Shown here: in pieces, positions 49,120 through 58,794 of the stretch
How positions within the stretch are numbered: position 1 is the first letter of the stretch
Layout of the letters: each line of letters opens with the position of its first letter
The notes under the pieces: generated by a model
What the model saw: only the letters and a program-made list of their open reading frames with translations
What the model was told of the DNA's origin: nothing
Databases searched by the model: none
Program-made: the position numbers and the translations under genes
NCBI GenBank assembly: GCA_020354555.1
Contig: CP070648.1
Coordinates: 2,212,692-2,276,691, forward strand
From: Armatimonadota bacterium
Lineage (GTDB): Bacteria; Armatimonadota; Hebobacteria; GCA-020354555; CP070648
Length of the DNA: 64,000 nt
Reading direction: 5' to 3'

Positions 49120-49809
49120 TCACGCCAGCCACAGGAAGTACAGCCCGACGGCAATCAGCACGACCCCGGCCGCTTTCTCCATCCACCGCGTCCAGCGCTC
49201 CATCACGGGCAGCGCCTTGACTAGACCGGTGAAGGTTCCGGCGAGGACGATCGGCACGCCGCGCCCCAGGCCGTAGGCGAAGAGCAGCGATGCGCCGTAG
49301 GCGAGTTTCCCTTTCGCCATCGCGATGCCGAGGATCGCGACCAGCACCGGCGTTCCGCACTGCGACCCCGCCAGCCCGACCACGAGGCCGAGCGCGAACG
49401 CCCCCAGCAAGCCGGTCATCGCGACTCGCTTCGGCTGCAGCCGCGTCAGGAAATCGAAGTTGAGCTTGACCGCGCCGAGCAGGCTCAACCCGATCGCGAA
49501 GCAGACCAGCGCCACCAGCCAGTGCAGAATCGCGCTCTCCGTCCCGAACAGCCCGCCCACCGTCGCCGCGACGATTCCCAGCAGCATGAACGTCACCGAA
49601 CTGCCGAGGGTGAAGCAGCCGGAGAGCCAGAAGCCCCGCGCGCGACTGAGATCTTGCTGCCCGCCGACGTAGCCGATGATCACCGGCACCATCGCCATGT
49701 TGCACGGCCCGATGCTCGTCAGGACACCACCGAGAAACACCAGCACGTAGGCGAGCGCAGAGAGATCCGCAATAATGCGCGGCAGCGTCTCGGTGACGAA
49801 CTCGGTCAC
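49120..49809 (-). CDS. ccdA: Cytochrome c biogenesis/thiol-disulfide transporter CcdA (DsbD-family membrane core)
   Basis: Six-TM core with two conserved Cys (SIGPCNMAM and GSQCGTP). Confidence 0.8.
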   Translation of the reverse strand: MTEFVTETLPRIIADLSALAYVLVFLGGVLTSIGPCNMAMVPVIIGYVGGQQDLSRARGFWLSGCFTLGSSVTFMLLGIVAATVGGLFGTESAILHWLVALVCFAIGLSLLGAVKLNFDFLTRLQPKRVAMTGLLGAFALGLVVGLAGSQCGTPVLVAILGIAMAKGKLAYGASLLFAYGLGRGVPIVLAGTFTGLVKALPVMERWTRWMEKAAGVVLIAVGLYFLWLA

Positions 49810-50786
49810 CGCGCGACCCCGATGGCGGCGAGTTGGCGCTCGATCTCCGCCTGCGGGTAGAACCCTTCGTGGCGCAAGACTTCCTTGCCGGCATCGTCGA
49901 AGAAGACCTGCACCGGAATGGTGCCGATGCCGTAGCGTGCCGCCAACGCTGGTTCGTCGTTGACGTGCACGAACAAGACGTTGGCCTTGCCGTCATACTT
50001 CTCCCGCAGCGAGGCGAGGATCGGTGTCATCATGTCGCACGGGGCGCAGCCCTTGGCGCCGAAGTCCACGAGCGTCGGCCTGCCCGACCGCCGCGCGCGG
50101 TCCACGGGGTTGTCCATCGCCAGCCGGTAGTGCCGTTCGCTCCAGCCGCGATCCACCTCCACTCGCTCGCGCCCGCCGATACCGGCGATGTGCGCATCCA
50201 CGGCGGCGCGGCCCTTCTGCTCCAGCAGGTACAGTTCCAGGTCACCGCGGATGTCGGCAAAGGGAACGCCGCCGACGATGTCCTGATTCTCCTCGTAGAA
50301 GCGCTTCAGTTCCTCTTCCGTGACCGTAGCGCCGCGGGCGATGCCGGCGAGGTACGATTGAAGCAGCTTGTCGTCGTCGCCGGGATTCTCCGCGCGCTTC
50401 TCGCCGGCGGCCCACGCGCGCGCCTCGCGCAGCAGGACCTCGCGCGCCGCCAGTTGCTCGACCACGAAGAAGGCGTTCTTGCGGAACTGCTCGCGCAGCC
50501 GCTGAGGTGCGTTCTCGACGGCCGCCGTCACCGTCTCCTTGGTGATGACCACCGCGGACGAGCGACACGCGACGCCCTCGTCTAAGTCAGAGACGCGCGC
50601 CAGCCGCAGTGGCCCCGAGCTGAGCCCGGGAAAGGTGACCTCAACGGTTGGCGCCCCGCCTGCTTCGCGCGGCGCATCTGCCGCCACGGGCGCAGCCAGG
50701 CCGGCTTGCGCGAGGCTGACCAGGACGGCAACCGCAGTTGCCAACCCGAGACGTTCATCGATTGACCGCAAGCGTGCCCCGCTCAC
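49806..50786 (-). CDS. Periplasmic thioredoxin-domain protein with N-terminal chaperone-like domain
   Basis: C-terminal thioredoxin fold with GCAPC active site. Signal peptide. Overlaps ccdA by 4 nt. Confidence 0.65.
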   Translation of the reverse strand: MSGARLRSIDERLGLATAVAVLVSLAQAGLAAPVAADAPREAGGAPTVEVTFPGLSSGPLRLARVSDLDEGVACRSSAVVITKETVTAAVENAPQRLREQFRKNAFFVVEQLAAREVLLREARAWAAGEKRAENPGDDDKLLQSYLAGIARGATVTEEELKRFYEENQDIVGGVPFADIRGDLELYLLEQKGRAAVDAHIAGIGGRERVEVDRGWSERHYRLAMDNPVDRARRSGRPTLVDFGAKGCAPCDMMTPILASLREKYDGKANVLFVHVNDEPALAARYGIGTIPVQVFFDDAGKEVLRHEGFYPQAEIERQLAAIGVAR

Positions 50787-51478
50787 TTCTCCACTCCGAG
50801 CGCGGCGAGTTGCCTGTCCATCTCGGCGCCGCTCATGTAGCTCATGTGACGGGCGACCTCCCTACCTTGCGCGTCGAAGAAGACCTGGGTGGACATCATG
50901 GCGATCCGGTACTCCCGCCAGAGTTCCGGGTAATCGTCGAGATCAACGAACACGATGTTGGCCTTGCCCCAGTAATCCTGAGCTGCGCGTTTCAAGAGCG
51001 GCGCCATCAACTTGCAGGGCTTGCACCAGCCCTTCCCAAAGTCGGCCAGGGTCGGGCGGCCGCTCTTCAGGCATTCCGCGAGCTTCGAGCCGGGCAGGGG
51101 GCCTTCAGGCTTCCCGTCGGGTGCCGGCGGTGGCTCCGCGCGCCGCGAGTTGGACGCGGCAGTGGGCTGCTCCGAAGCCCCGCGGTTCTCAGCGTCGGTC
51201 TGTGCGGAAGCACTCGCGCCCTGCGCGTCGGGCAAAGACGACGACACGGTCGCGTGTTGGTCATCCCCTGGAGGCGCGGACTCATCGGGCGCCGGTTGGA
51301 CACCGGCGTCCGGGCTCGCCGGCGCCGCTGCAGTCGCCGCTCGCGCCTTGGCCGCGCGGAGCTTGATCGCCTGCTTGGTCGTGAGCACGGCCACGATGGC
51401 GACGATGACGGCAAGCACAATCCATTTCGATCCTCTCACTGCACGCCCCCTTTCAGAGCCAGTCCTCGGGAACATCAT
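50783..51478 (-). CDS. Membrane-anchored thioredoxin
   Basis: N-terminal TM, Pro/Ala-rich linker, thioredoxin domain with WCKPC. Start is ambiguous (ATG 51478/51475 or GTG 51439). Confidence 0.6.
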   Translation of the reverse strand: MMFPRTGSERGRAVRGSKWIVLAVIVAIVAVLTTKQAIKLRAAKARAATAAAPASPDAGVQPAPDESAPPGDDQHATVSSSLPDAQGASASAQTDAENRGASEQPTAASNSRRAEPPPAPDGKPEGPLPGSKLAECLKSGRPTLADFGKGWCKPCKLMAPLLKRAAQDYWGKANIVFVDLDDYPELWREYRIAMMSTQVFFDAQGREVARHMSYMSGAEMDRQLAALGVEK

Positions 51479-52004
51479 AGCCTGCGTCGAGCAAGACCTG
51501 GAGCAGCGCGGCGCGTTTCTCATCATGCTGCGGCTCGAGCAGCGCGGAGCACCGGTCGAGCGCAGTCTCTTCTCCAGCCAGTTTCAGCCCGAACGCGAGG
51601 CACGTCGGCTCCCCGCACGCGCCGCAGTTGGTGCCCGGCAACATCTGGTAGAGCTGCAGCGCGGTGAGGCTGGGCGCGCTGCGCTCGCTCGGCGTGATCT
51701 CCGCGCGCCGCTCCCAGGTGTCGTTGATGAGGTCCTTCACCCAGTCGAGCACCTTCCGGGCGTCATCCGCGTCGGCGAGTTTGCTGACCGCCGCCTGGCG
51801 CGGGCGCAGGGTGACCACGTGCCCCTCGTGGCGCAAGCGCAGGAACGGCGCCTCCTTATTGTACTGACATCCCTTGACGCGCCCGTTGAGATAGGGCAAT
51901 ACCTCTCGGATGTCATCGCGCAGCGCCGCCAGGCAGTTGGCGTACTCCGCCGACGGGTTGCATTTCGGCGCGAACAGTTGAAACTTGTACTCTCTCAGGA
52001 GCAC
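51453..52004 (-). CDS. Fe-S domain protein (PF04060-like LPxxNCGxCGxxTC motif, as in RnfB/CFeSP N-termini)
   Basis: MLPGTNCGACGEPTCLAFGLK near the C-terminus plus additional N-terminal Cys. 183 aa. Confidence 0.5.
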   Translation of the reverse strand: MLLREYKFQLFAPKCNPSAEYANCLAALRDDIREVLPYLNGRVKGCQYNKEAPFLRLRHEGHVVTLRPRQAAVSKLADADDARKVLDWVKDLINDTWERRAEITPSERSAPSLTALQLYQMLPGTNCGACGEPTCLAFGLKLAGEETALDRCSALLEPQHDEKRAALLQVLLDAGYDVPEDWL

Positions 52005-52257
52005 GGGGCCGCCTCCAGTTCACGACCGTTGCCCGATGCGCCGGTCAGCCTGCCGTCGTCCTTCGCGGATTCTGCTGCGTCGCCTTGAGCGCAGTTCGCA
52101 CATTCCCGTGCTTCACCTGCGCCCAGGCCGATCACGCGGCCGAGTTTGGGTTGCGTACACAGTGCTCCCCGCAGCGGCCATGAATGATCCGCGAGCAGCG
52201 AGCGCAGCGCACGCAAAGAGGATACCGCCAAACCATGACAGATACCAGCCATGCAGG

Positions 52258-52494
52258 CTAGGCCTCGATCCAGCCCTTGATCTCCTCCACGCTCGGCACG
52301 CGCCCGGAGCAGATCACCTCGCCCTCCACCGCCAGCCCGGGGGTAAACATGACGCCGAACTTGGCGATGTCCATCGGCTTGGAGATCTTCTCGATCTCTA
52401 CCTCGACGCCGACGGCCTTGGCGGCATCTGCGACGTTGGCCGCGACCTGGCCACACTTGGCGCAGCCCGGCCCCAACACTTGGACTTTCTTCAT
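52258..52494 (-). CDS. Small thioredoxin-like protein (redox-active disulfide protein 2 / Thioredoxin_3 type)
   Basis: MKKVQVLGPGCAKCGQ...; 79 aa. Confidence 0.7.
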   Translation of the reverse strand: MKKVQVLGPGCAKCGQVAANVADAAKAVGVEVEIEKISKPMDIAKFGVMFTPGLAVEGEVICSGRVPSVEEIKGWIEA

Positions 52495-52504
52495 ACTCAG
52501 CCTC

Positions 52505-53701
52505 CTACGCAACAATCGTACCGTAGATCATCCCCGTCGCCGTCGCAAGCACGATGACGAGAAACGCATAGACGACGGTCTTGCGCGCGCCCATGATGCC
52601 GCCGATGACAAGCATATTCGGCAGGCTCAGCGACGGCCCAGCGAGCAGCAGCGCCAGCGCCGGCCCCTTGCCCATGCCGGCGCCGAGCAGCCCTTGCAGA
52701 ATCGGCACCTCGGTCAAGGTCGCGAAGTACATGAGAGCGCCGGACATCGCCGCGAACAGATTCGCCGACAACGAGTTCCCGCCGACCAGCCGTCCGACCC
52801 ACGCCTCCGGTATCAACGCCGCGTGCCCCGGCCGGCCCAGCAGAAAGCCCGCCACCAGCACGCCCCCGAACAGGAGCGGCAGGATCTGCCACGCGAAGCT
52901 CCACGTCGCCGACGTCCACTCCGTCAACTCCGGCTTGCGGAACCATCCCGCCAGCATCAGGACGAGCAGCGCGAGCAGCACGGCCGTGATCCCCCACTTC
53001 GCCCGGTAGATCGTCGCCCACAGGCTCGGATTCGTTACCGGCTTGCCCCAATTGGCGAACACGAGGATACCGACCATGACCGCGAAGTACAGCGCCGTCT
53101 GCCACAGCGGTCGCGCGCCGGCGTCTTCCGGGATGACGAACCCCGCCGCCTCCTGCGCTTTCCGGCGCTCTTCGCGCACGAAGAACAGGTGCATCCCGAG
53201 GCCGATGAGGAAAGCGAACGCGACCGCCCCGATGGCCCGCGCCAGGCCCATCTCGAAGCCGAGCACGCGCGCGGTGAGGATGATCGCCAGCACGTTGATT
53301 GCGGGTCCGGAGTAGAGGAAAGCCGTCGCGGGACCGATCCCCGCGCCGCGCGTGTAGATCCCCGCGAACAGCGGGAGCACGGTGCACGAGCACACCGCCA
53401 GGATCGTGCCGGACACCGAAGCCACGGAGTACGACAGCACCTTGTTGGCCGCCGGCCCGAAGTACTTCATGACCGACGCCTGGCTCACGAAAACCGCGAT
53501 CGCGCCGGCGATGAACAGCGCCGGAACCAGGCACAACAGGACGTGCTGGCGGGCATACTCGTTGAGCATGGCGAACGCCTCGACCAGCGCGCCCTGCACC
53601 CGGCCGCTGCCCACCGGCAGAAAGTACGCCGCCAGGAAGACGCCCAGCAGCAAAAGGAATTGCCTCAGTTTCGTGCTCATGGACGGGGTGATCGGCCTCA
53701 C
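52505..53701 (-). CDS. Predicted permease, DUF318 family
   Basis: Polytopic membrane protein with the internal SCTVLP-type Cys motif typical of the DUF318 / ArsP-like permease family. Confidence 0.6.
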   Translation of the reverse strand: MRPITPSMSTKLRQFLLLLGVFLAAYFLPVGSGRVQGALVEAFAMLNEYARQHVLLCLVPALFIAGAIAVFVSQASVMKYFGPAANKVLSYSVASVSGTILAVCSCTVLPLFAGIYTRGAGIGPATAFLYSGPAINVLAIILTARVLGFEMGLARAIGAVAFAFLIGLGMHLFFVREERRKAQEAAGFVIPEDAGARPLWQTALYFAVMVGILVFANWGKPVTNPSLWATIYRAKWGITAVLLALLVLMLAGWFRKPELTEWTSATWSFAWQILPLLFGGVLVAGFLLGRPGHAALIPEAWVGRLVGGNSLSANLFAAMSGALMYFATLTEVPILQGLLGAGMGKGPALALLLAGPSLSLPNMLVIGGIMGARKTVVYAFLVIVLATATGMIYGTIVA

Positions 53702-54030
53702 GCTTGAAGCGTCATGGCAAGGCTGTCCGCGCGAGCGAGTTGATCGGCGAGAATCTCGCGCATCCGGTCAATGACCTCAAAGATGCGCGGGTCGCGGACG
53801 CGGTAGTAGATCGAATGGCCTTCGCGTCGCGTCTCCACAATGCCGACGTTGCGCAGCACGGCCAGGAGTTGCGACAGGTTGGACTCGGTGACGCCGACCT
53901 GCGGCGCGAGCCGGCAGACGCATTCCTCGCCGTCGCGCAGTAGATCGAGCACCTTCATCCGCACCGGGTGGGCGATCGCCTTGCACACGGCAGCGTGCAG
54001 ATCATAGACTCTGTCGTCAGCAAGCGCCAT
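53698..54030 (-). CDS. arsR: ArsR/SmtB-family metalloregulatory repressor
   Basis: HTH region (HPVRMKVLDLL...SQLLAVLRNVGIV) with ECVC metal-site motif in helix 3. Confidence 0.8.
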   Translation of the reverse strand: MALADDRVYDLHAAVCKAIAHPVRMKVLDLLRDGEECVCRLAPQVGVTESNLSQLLAVLRNVGIVETRREGHSIYYRVRDPRIFEVIDRMREILADQLARADSLAMTLQA

Positions 54031-54045
54031 CGGCTGTAACCTCTA

Positions 54046-54067
54046 AATCCGCGATTATTTGCGGATT
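54046..54067. promoter_or_regulatory. AT-rich inverted repeat AATCCGC-N8-GCGGATT immediately upstream of arsR (candidate operator)
   Basis: Read directly. It is an AT-rich island in a GC-rich genome, 16 nt from the arsR start codon. Confidence 0.4.
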
Positions 54068-54343
54068 CATTATACCGCAATCGGCCACATGAGTAAACGC
54101 CCAAGGTCTAGCGGGGTGTGTTCGCGGGCGGAGCTGGAATGGCGCTGACGAGGGCGGCGCAGGCGCACCGTCCGTCAAGGTCAGGGCAGCCCTCGCCTGC
54201 GCATTGCCAAATGCCGGTCGTGTGTGCGCGCGTCTACGCGCGTCGTTGCGGGCGTGGTACAATGCGCGCAGGGCGCGCGTCGCTGGTGATCCCGCGGTGC
54301 CGCCCGGCGTGACAGGGACCCCACTTGGCGGGAGGAGGGTCAG

Positions 54344-54805
54344 GTGAGAAGGCGGATCGCGTACGGCATCGTGATCCTAGTTCTGGCTGCAATCGTCGCC
54401 TTGCTCTGGGTTCACCGAGAGCCCAGACCATTGCCGTCTCCGCTCGAACCGTTCCGGGTGGACGACTGGGATAGGGTCCATCAGGAACTGGAGGAGGTCG
54501 GCATTCAAGGGATGCGCGCCAGGGCACTTGCGGCAACCGCACGATTGGAGAAGCAGCGCAAGATGGACCAGCTTCAGAGGCAGAACACCTACGTCATCCT
54601 GGTCCTAGCTCTAGTCGTGATCGTTGCCGTGGCCCGGATGTCCTTTGCGCTGGCGGCCAGGCGCAGGGCTCGCGTCACGGCACGCACCCCGACGACGGGG
54701 GATACCGAAAAAGCCCGCGCTGCCGCGCGGGAGGCACAAGCCGAACGGCTCGAGGAGAAGCGGCGCTCGGAGCGCGGGCCGGGCTGGCACAGGGGCTGGT
54801 CGTGA
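54344..54805 (+). CDS. Hypothetical membrane protein
   Basis: Two hydrophobic segments; divergent from arsR; TACAAT -10-like box upstream. Confidence 0.35.
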   Translation: MRRRIAYGIVILVLAAIVALLWVHREPRPLPSPLEPFRVDDWDRVHQELEEVGIQGMRARALAATARLEKQRKMDQLQRQNTYVILVLALVVIVAVARMSFALAARRRARVTARTPTTGDTEKARAAAREAQAERLEEKRRSERGPGWHRGWS

Positions 54806-55033
54806 TGGCCACGGGTGACCGACACCGCGGTCTGAACAGCGGTTGACAGCGGCGCCGGCGCGGGCCGGCAGCGATACCGAGGCACAGCATGGAAGCTGGC
54901 ACCACAATCGCTTCGGCGATGGCGAGATTCCTCGCTGCGCGCCTCGCCTACGCTCAGCGCACCGCTCTGAATGACGTGTTCGGGCCAGCGGATCGCAAGC
55001 AAGCGGATTCTGAGACAACCCTATGCTGCGGCC

Positions 55034-57520
55034 CTACGGATTCTTCATCAGCCAGACCTCAGACACCACTGTCGCCATCCCGCCCGTGCCTTTCTCGAGC
55101 CACAGCTCCAGCTCGCCGTCCGCCGTCGCCGACTGCGGGATGTCGTATTCGAATTGCTGCGCGGTGTACTCCGGGGTTTCGATGTCCTTCGCCAGGTACT
55201 CGCCGTCGGCCACGACGTGCTGCGTCCGACGGACGGCGCCGGCTGGAAGTTCAGACCTCGGGATGCGCGGAGTCACCATCGTCAGGCGCACCCGATAGCG
55301 CGCCTGAGTATCCAGACCGGTGTAGCGGAACACGACGCCCTTTCCGTCATCGAAGCTGAACGCGATGGTGTTCTGCGAGGGCCGATTCGCGGGATCCATC
55401 CACCGGCGCACGTCGTAGGTATCGCCTTTCACGAGGTGCGGCTGCCGGGCCGGGTTGCCGGCATCGTCGTAGAACCCACCATCGCCCGGGTCCTCATAGC
55501 GCACCATCCGGTCAAGGATCCGTAGTGCCTCGTCACCGTCTGCGACGCGCGCCCGCTCGAGTTGGCCACGCAGCCAGTCCAGCGGTATTAGTTCCTCGTC
55601 GAGGCGGAAGTACCCGACATTGCGGACCCCAAAGATGGCGTCGCTCTCCTCCCCGAGCCGGCCCGCCTCGGCGCGCAGCGCGGCCATGTCCGGCGTCTCC
55701 AGCGGCTCGTCGAGGACGGCTTCCGCTGCGGCAGCCGCCGCAACGTCTCGCGCCGCGGCGGCTCTCTCGATGATCCGCGTAGCGCGCTGTTCCCGGTTCA
55801 TCTCGCGGCGCAGCTTCGATTGCAGGTACTTGTCGAGCGCCGCCTTCTGCATGTGCAGCCGCCACCGGTGGTCATCGCCCATGAGGTGCGGCGGTATCTT
55901 CCATCCCGCAGACTTGACCAGGAGATAGTACCGCTCTACGCCGTCATTCGTCGCCAGCGGCGCCTCGAGGTTCTTCTCCAACTGAAGCATTGCTTCGACC
56001 ATCTCGGGCGCCGCGTCATCCCCGAAATGCAACCGCGCGTACTCCGTCATCACGTCGTCGAGGCTGCGGTTAGGATCCCACAGCAGCCGGTTCCACATGT
56101 ACTGGTGGAACTCGTCGTGATAGCCCTCAGAGTAGATGATGTCGCCCTCCGCGAAGGGCATGATGGCCTGGAATACGTCGTAGTACGCCCGCGGCCGCGT
56201 GTGAAACGTGCGCCGGCCGTACACCGACACGACGTGCGGCTCGGGATTCTCGACCTGGTACTGTGCGCTGATCCAGTGCGTGATGTCGGAGTAGTGAACG
56301 ATCCTCTGGTACTTCGGGATCTGGTTCAGGATCTCGCGCAGGTAGCGGTTGATGGGGCCGTGGCCGGGATAGGCGAACAGATCCTCGCGCAGCTCGCTGC
56401 GGAAGTACTCCGACATCGCGTTGCTGCCGGGGCCGTAGCAGATCGCGTAGAGCCACGTCCGCGGCTCCTCGTTGAGGTAATCGAACACGGCTTGGTCGCC
56501 GGCGTTGTCCAGATCCTGGTTGGCGATCTGGACGGTCGAGTTGGGGTGATGCCTGAGCCAGATCTTCGCCATCTCCGCCGCGAGCAGCACGAAGGTCTTG
56601 CCCCACGGGGCGCAGCGCGGACAGCGGCACCCGCCCGGATCGCCGGCGAACATGCGCAGGACGTCGTGATCCTGGCGCGCGGCGAAGTCCTGCTCCCATT
56701 GTTCGAGCAGCGCTTTGCGCGCCTCGGGAATCGAGGGGCAGACCCAGTTGCCGCGCTCGGTCGCCTGCCATTCCTGCGGAAAGGGGCTCTTCATCTCGTT
56801 CGGGCGCGCGCCGGTCTCGGCCATGAGGTCGAAGGATTTGACGAAGTCGAAGTACTCGCCGCCGGCGTAGAAGCAGTTCGCCCCCGCGAGCGCGAGGTGG
56901 ATGGTGTACTCATGCGACTCTTCCGTGCTCCAGCCGCGCGCGCCGGTGATCTGGCGCATGGTGCCGCCCTGGTTGGCGGACGAGCCGCGGTAGCGGAACG
57001 CCGGGGCAGTGCGCACGTCAATGCTGGGGACGCTCACGGCGTCGAGGCCATAGGAAATCCGTCGCAGGATCTCACCCGCCGCGTAGAGGACGCCGCGCTT
57101 GTCCACTCCGGCGGCGAGGATCGCGCGGCCGGCGGGCGTGGTCACCGTCTTCGCCGCGAAGCCCTCCGGCCCGGGGTCGCTTTCATCCGGCTCACGCACG
57201 CCCTTAGCCCCGCACAGCGCGGCGAGGCGGTCGTGATTGGCGGGCAAACCGATGAACACGGCGATGTCGCCAGTGCCGCGCTTGAGCCTGCCCTCCGCTA
57301 CAACCGCGGCCTCGACGCTGCTGCGCCGGGCGATGCGCCGCGCCAAGACGTCTGCAACCTGCAACTACGCCTGACACGCGCGGTCGCCGACGACGACGAG
57401 CACTTCAGACGACGTGACTTTCATCTCCGCGCTTGCCCAAGCCCCTGCCGCTAGCCCGCCCGCGCACATCAGGACAACAAGCGCGACGGTAAGCTTCCCG
57501 ACACCCAGGATGTCTGCCAT
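55034..57520 (-). pseudogene. Secreted GH20-like/DUF4838-like glycoside hydrolase (putative beta-N-acetylhexosaminidase-like) interrupted by an in-frame TAG at 57365-57367
   Basis: ATG 57520 encodes a signal peptide MADILGVGKLTVALVVLMCAGGLAAGAWA and a GH20b/alpha-glucuronidase-N-like segment. It runs in frame into the 776-aa ORF 55034..57364 (…VVVGDRACQA*LQVADVLARRIARR…). GAGGTG ribosome-binding site. Confidence 0.45.
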
Positions 57521-57535
57521 GCGTCACCTCGCTGC

Positions 57536-58753
57536 CTAGTTTCCATCCCCCTCTATCACCCACTCCTCGTTAAACGCCGCGTGCTTGATGGACTCGCCGC
57601 GGCCGCCGCCCGGCGAGTAGCTGTACGTCGCGTGCAGCGTCCCGTCGCGCGCCTGGATGAGCGACGGGTAGGAATACGACCCGCTTCCCGCGCTGGATCG
57701 CTCGAGGTGTCTCGTCCACCGCCACGTTTTCCCCTCGTCGTCGGAGATGGAGACGGCGAGGCTGTGGCGGCCGAGCGCGGTATCGTTGTGCACCAGCGCC
57801 CAATGGCCGTTGGCGAGGCGGATGACCTCGACGCTCGCGCCCGGGTTGGGTAGGTCCATATTCTCGACGGGGCTCCAGGTCAGGCCGTCGTCCTGCGACT
57901 CGCTGATGCGGATGCGCCGCTGCAGCCCGTTCTCGCGCATCATGACGACCAGCGTGCCGTCGTCCTTGCGTACCACGCTCGGCTGCACGTTGCCGACACC
58001 CACCAACGCGTCGCTCGTCTGCCATGTCCGCCCCCAGTCGTCAGTCATGGCCATGAGCGAGACGTCGTAATTGTCGGAATACAGCGGCACGATCAACCGC
58101 GCGGAGGCTTGCCCGCCGGCCGTCGGGCGGGGCAGCAGTATCGGATGCACCCTCGTCATCCACCCCAAGCGCTGGTACAGCTTGTCCCCGGCTTGGTCGC
58201 GGGTGGCGCGCAGGTGCTTCACAGCGCCCTGCGGCGCGCGTGCCGCAAGATCGCGATAGCGCTCGAAGTACGCGTCGAGGCCGGCGTTCATCTGCTCCTC
58301 GAAGTCGGCGGGAGTGACGGGAATCACGTCCTGCCATTCCCACACCGGCGGGCCGTCGCGCGTCTCGTAGTCGCGCGATACGCGGTACTTGAGCAGCGCC
58401 GTCTGCCACCGATTGGCGAGCAGCGTCACCCAGAACAGCCACAGGCGGCCTTCGGGGTCCACCAGCATGCACGGGTTGTTGTCGGGGTAGCCAGGGGTGT
58501 CGGCCATCGCGAAGCGTTCGCTCCAGGCGTCGGAGCCCTGGGGCTTGCGCCCGCCCATGACCGTCACATCGTCGCCCTTCTCCGGCCCCACCCCGCGATA
58601 CCAGCACGCGAGCAAGTCGCCGTTCGGCTGCTCGACGATGCACGAGCTGTGATTGTGGTAGTCCTCGAGTGGGAAGATCAGCTCCGCCCTGTGGAACGAC
58701 GCCGCCCCACGCGCCTCGGCGCAGCACACAATCAGCGCCGCCGCAATCAGCAT
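57536..58753 (-). CDS. BNR/Asp-box repeat sialidase-like (exo-alpha-sialidase family) protein, paralog 1
   Basis: Signal peptide. Asp-boxes TDDWGRTW, SQDDGLTW, SDDEGKTW. Ends ...HAAFNEEWV. Confidence 0.65.
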   Translation of the reverse strand: MLIAAALIVCCAEARGAASFHRAELIFPLEDYHNHSSCIVEQPNGDLLACWYRGVGPEKGDDVTVMGGRKPQGSDAWSERFAMADTPGYPDNNPCMLVDPEGRLWLFWVTLLANRWQTALLKYRVSRDYETRDGPPVWEWQDVIPVTPADFEEQMNAGLDAYFERYRDLAARAPQGAVKHLRATRDQAGDKLYQRLGWMTRVHPILLPRPTAGGQASARLIVPLYSDNYDVSLMAMTDDWGRTWQTSDALVGVGNVQPSVVRKDDGTLVVMMRENGLQRRIRISESQDDGLTWSPVENMDLPNPGASVEVIRLANGHWALVHNDTALGRHSLAVSISDDEGKTWRWTRHLERSSAGSGSYSYPSLIQARDGTLHATYSYSPGGGRGESIKHAAFNEEWVIEGDGN

Positions 58754-58794
58754 GATGTCGAAGATGTATCTCGGAATCGGAAACGCACCCAAGC

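Noticed and set aside
51995-52252. 86-aa ORF (MAGICHGL…CANCAQGD…) filling the 253-nt gap between the thioredoxin-like gene and the Fe-S protein gene
   Set aside because: Its codon third positions are T-rich (GCT, GGT, TGT, CAT, TCT, CGT), unlike the strong GC3 bias of genuine genes here, and it overlaps the Fe-S gene start. More likely a noncoding leader. I kept it only as part of the thiol-disulfide locus finding.
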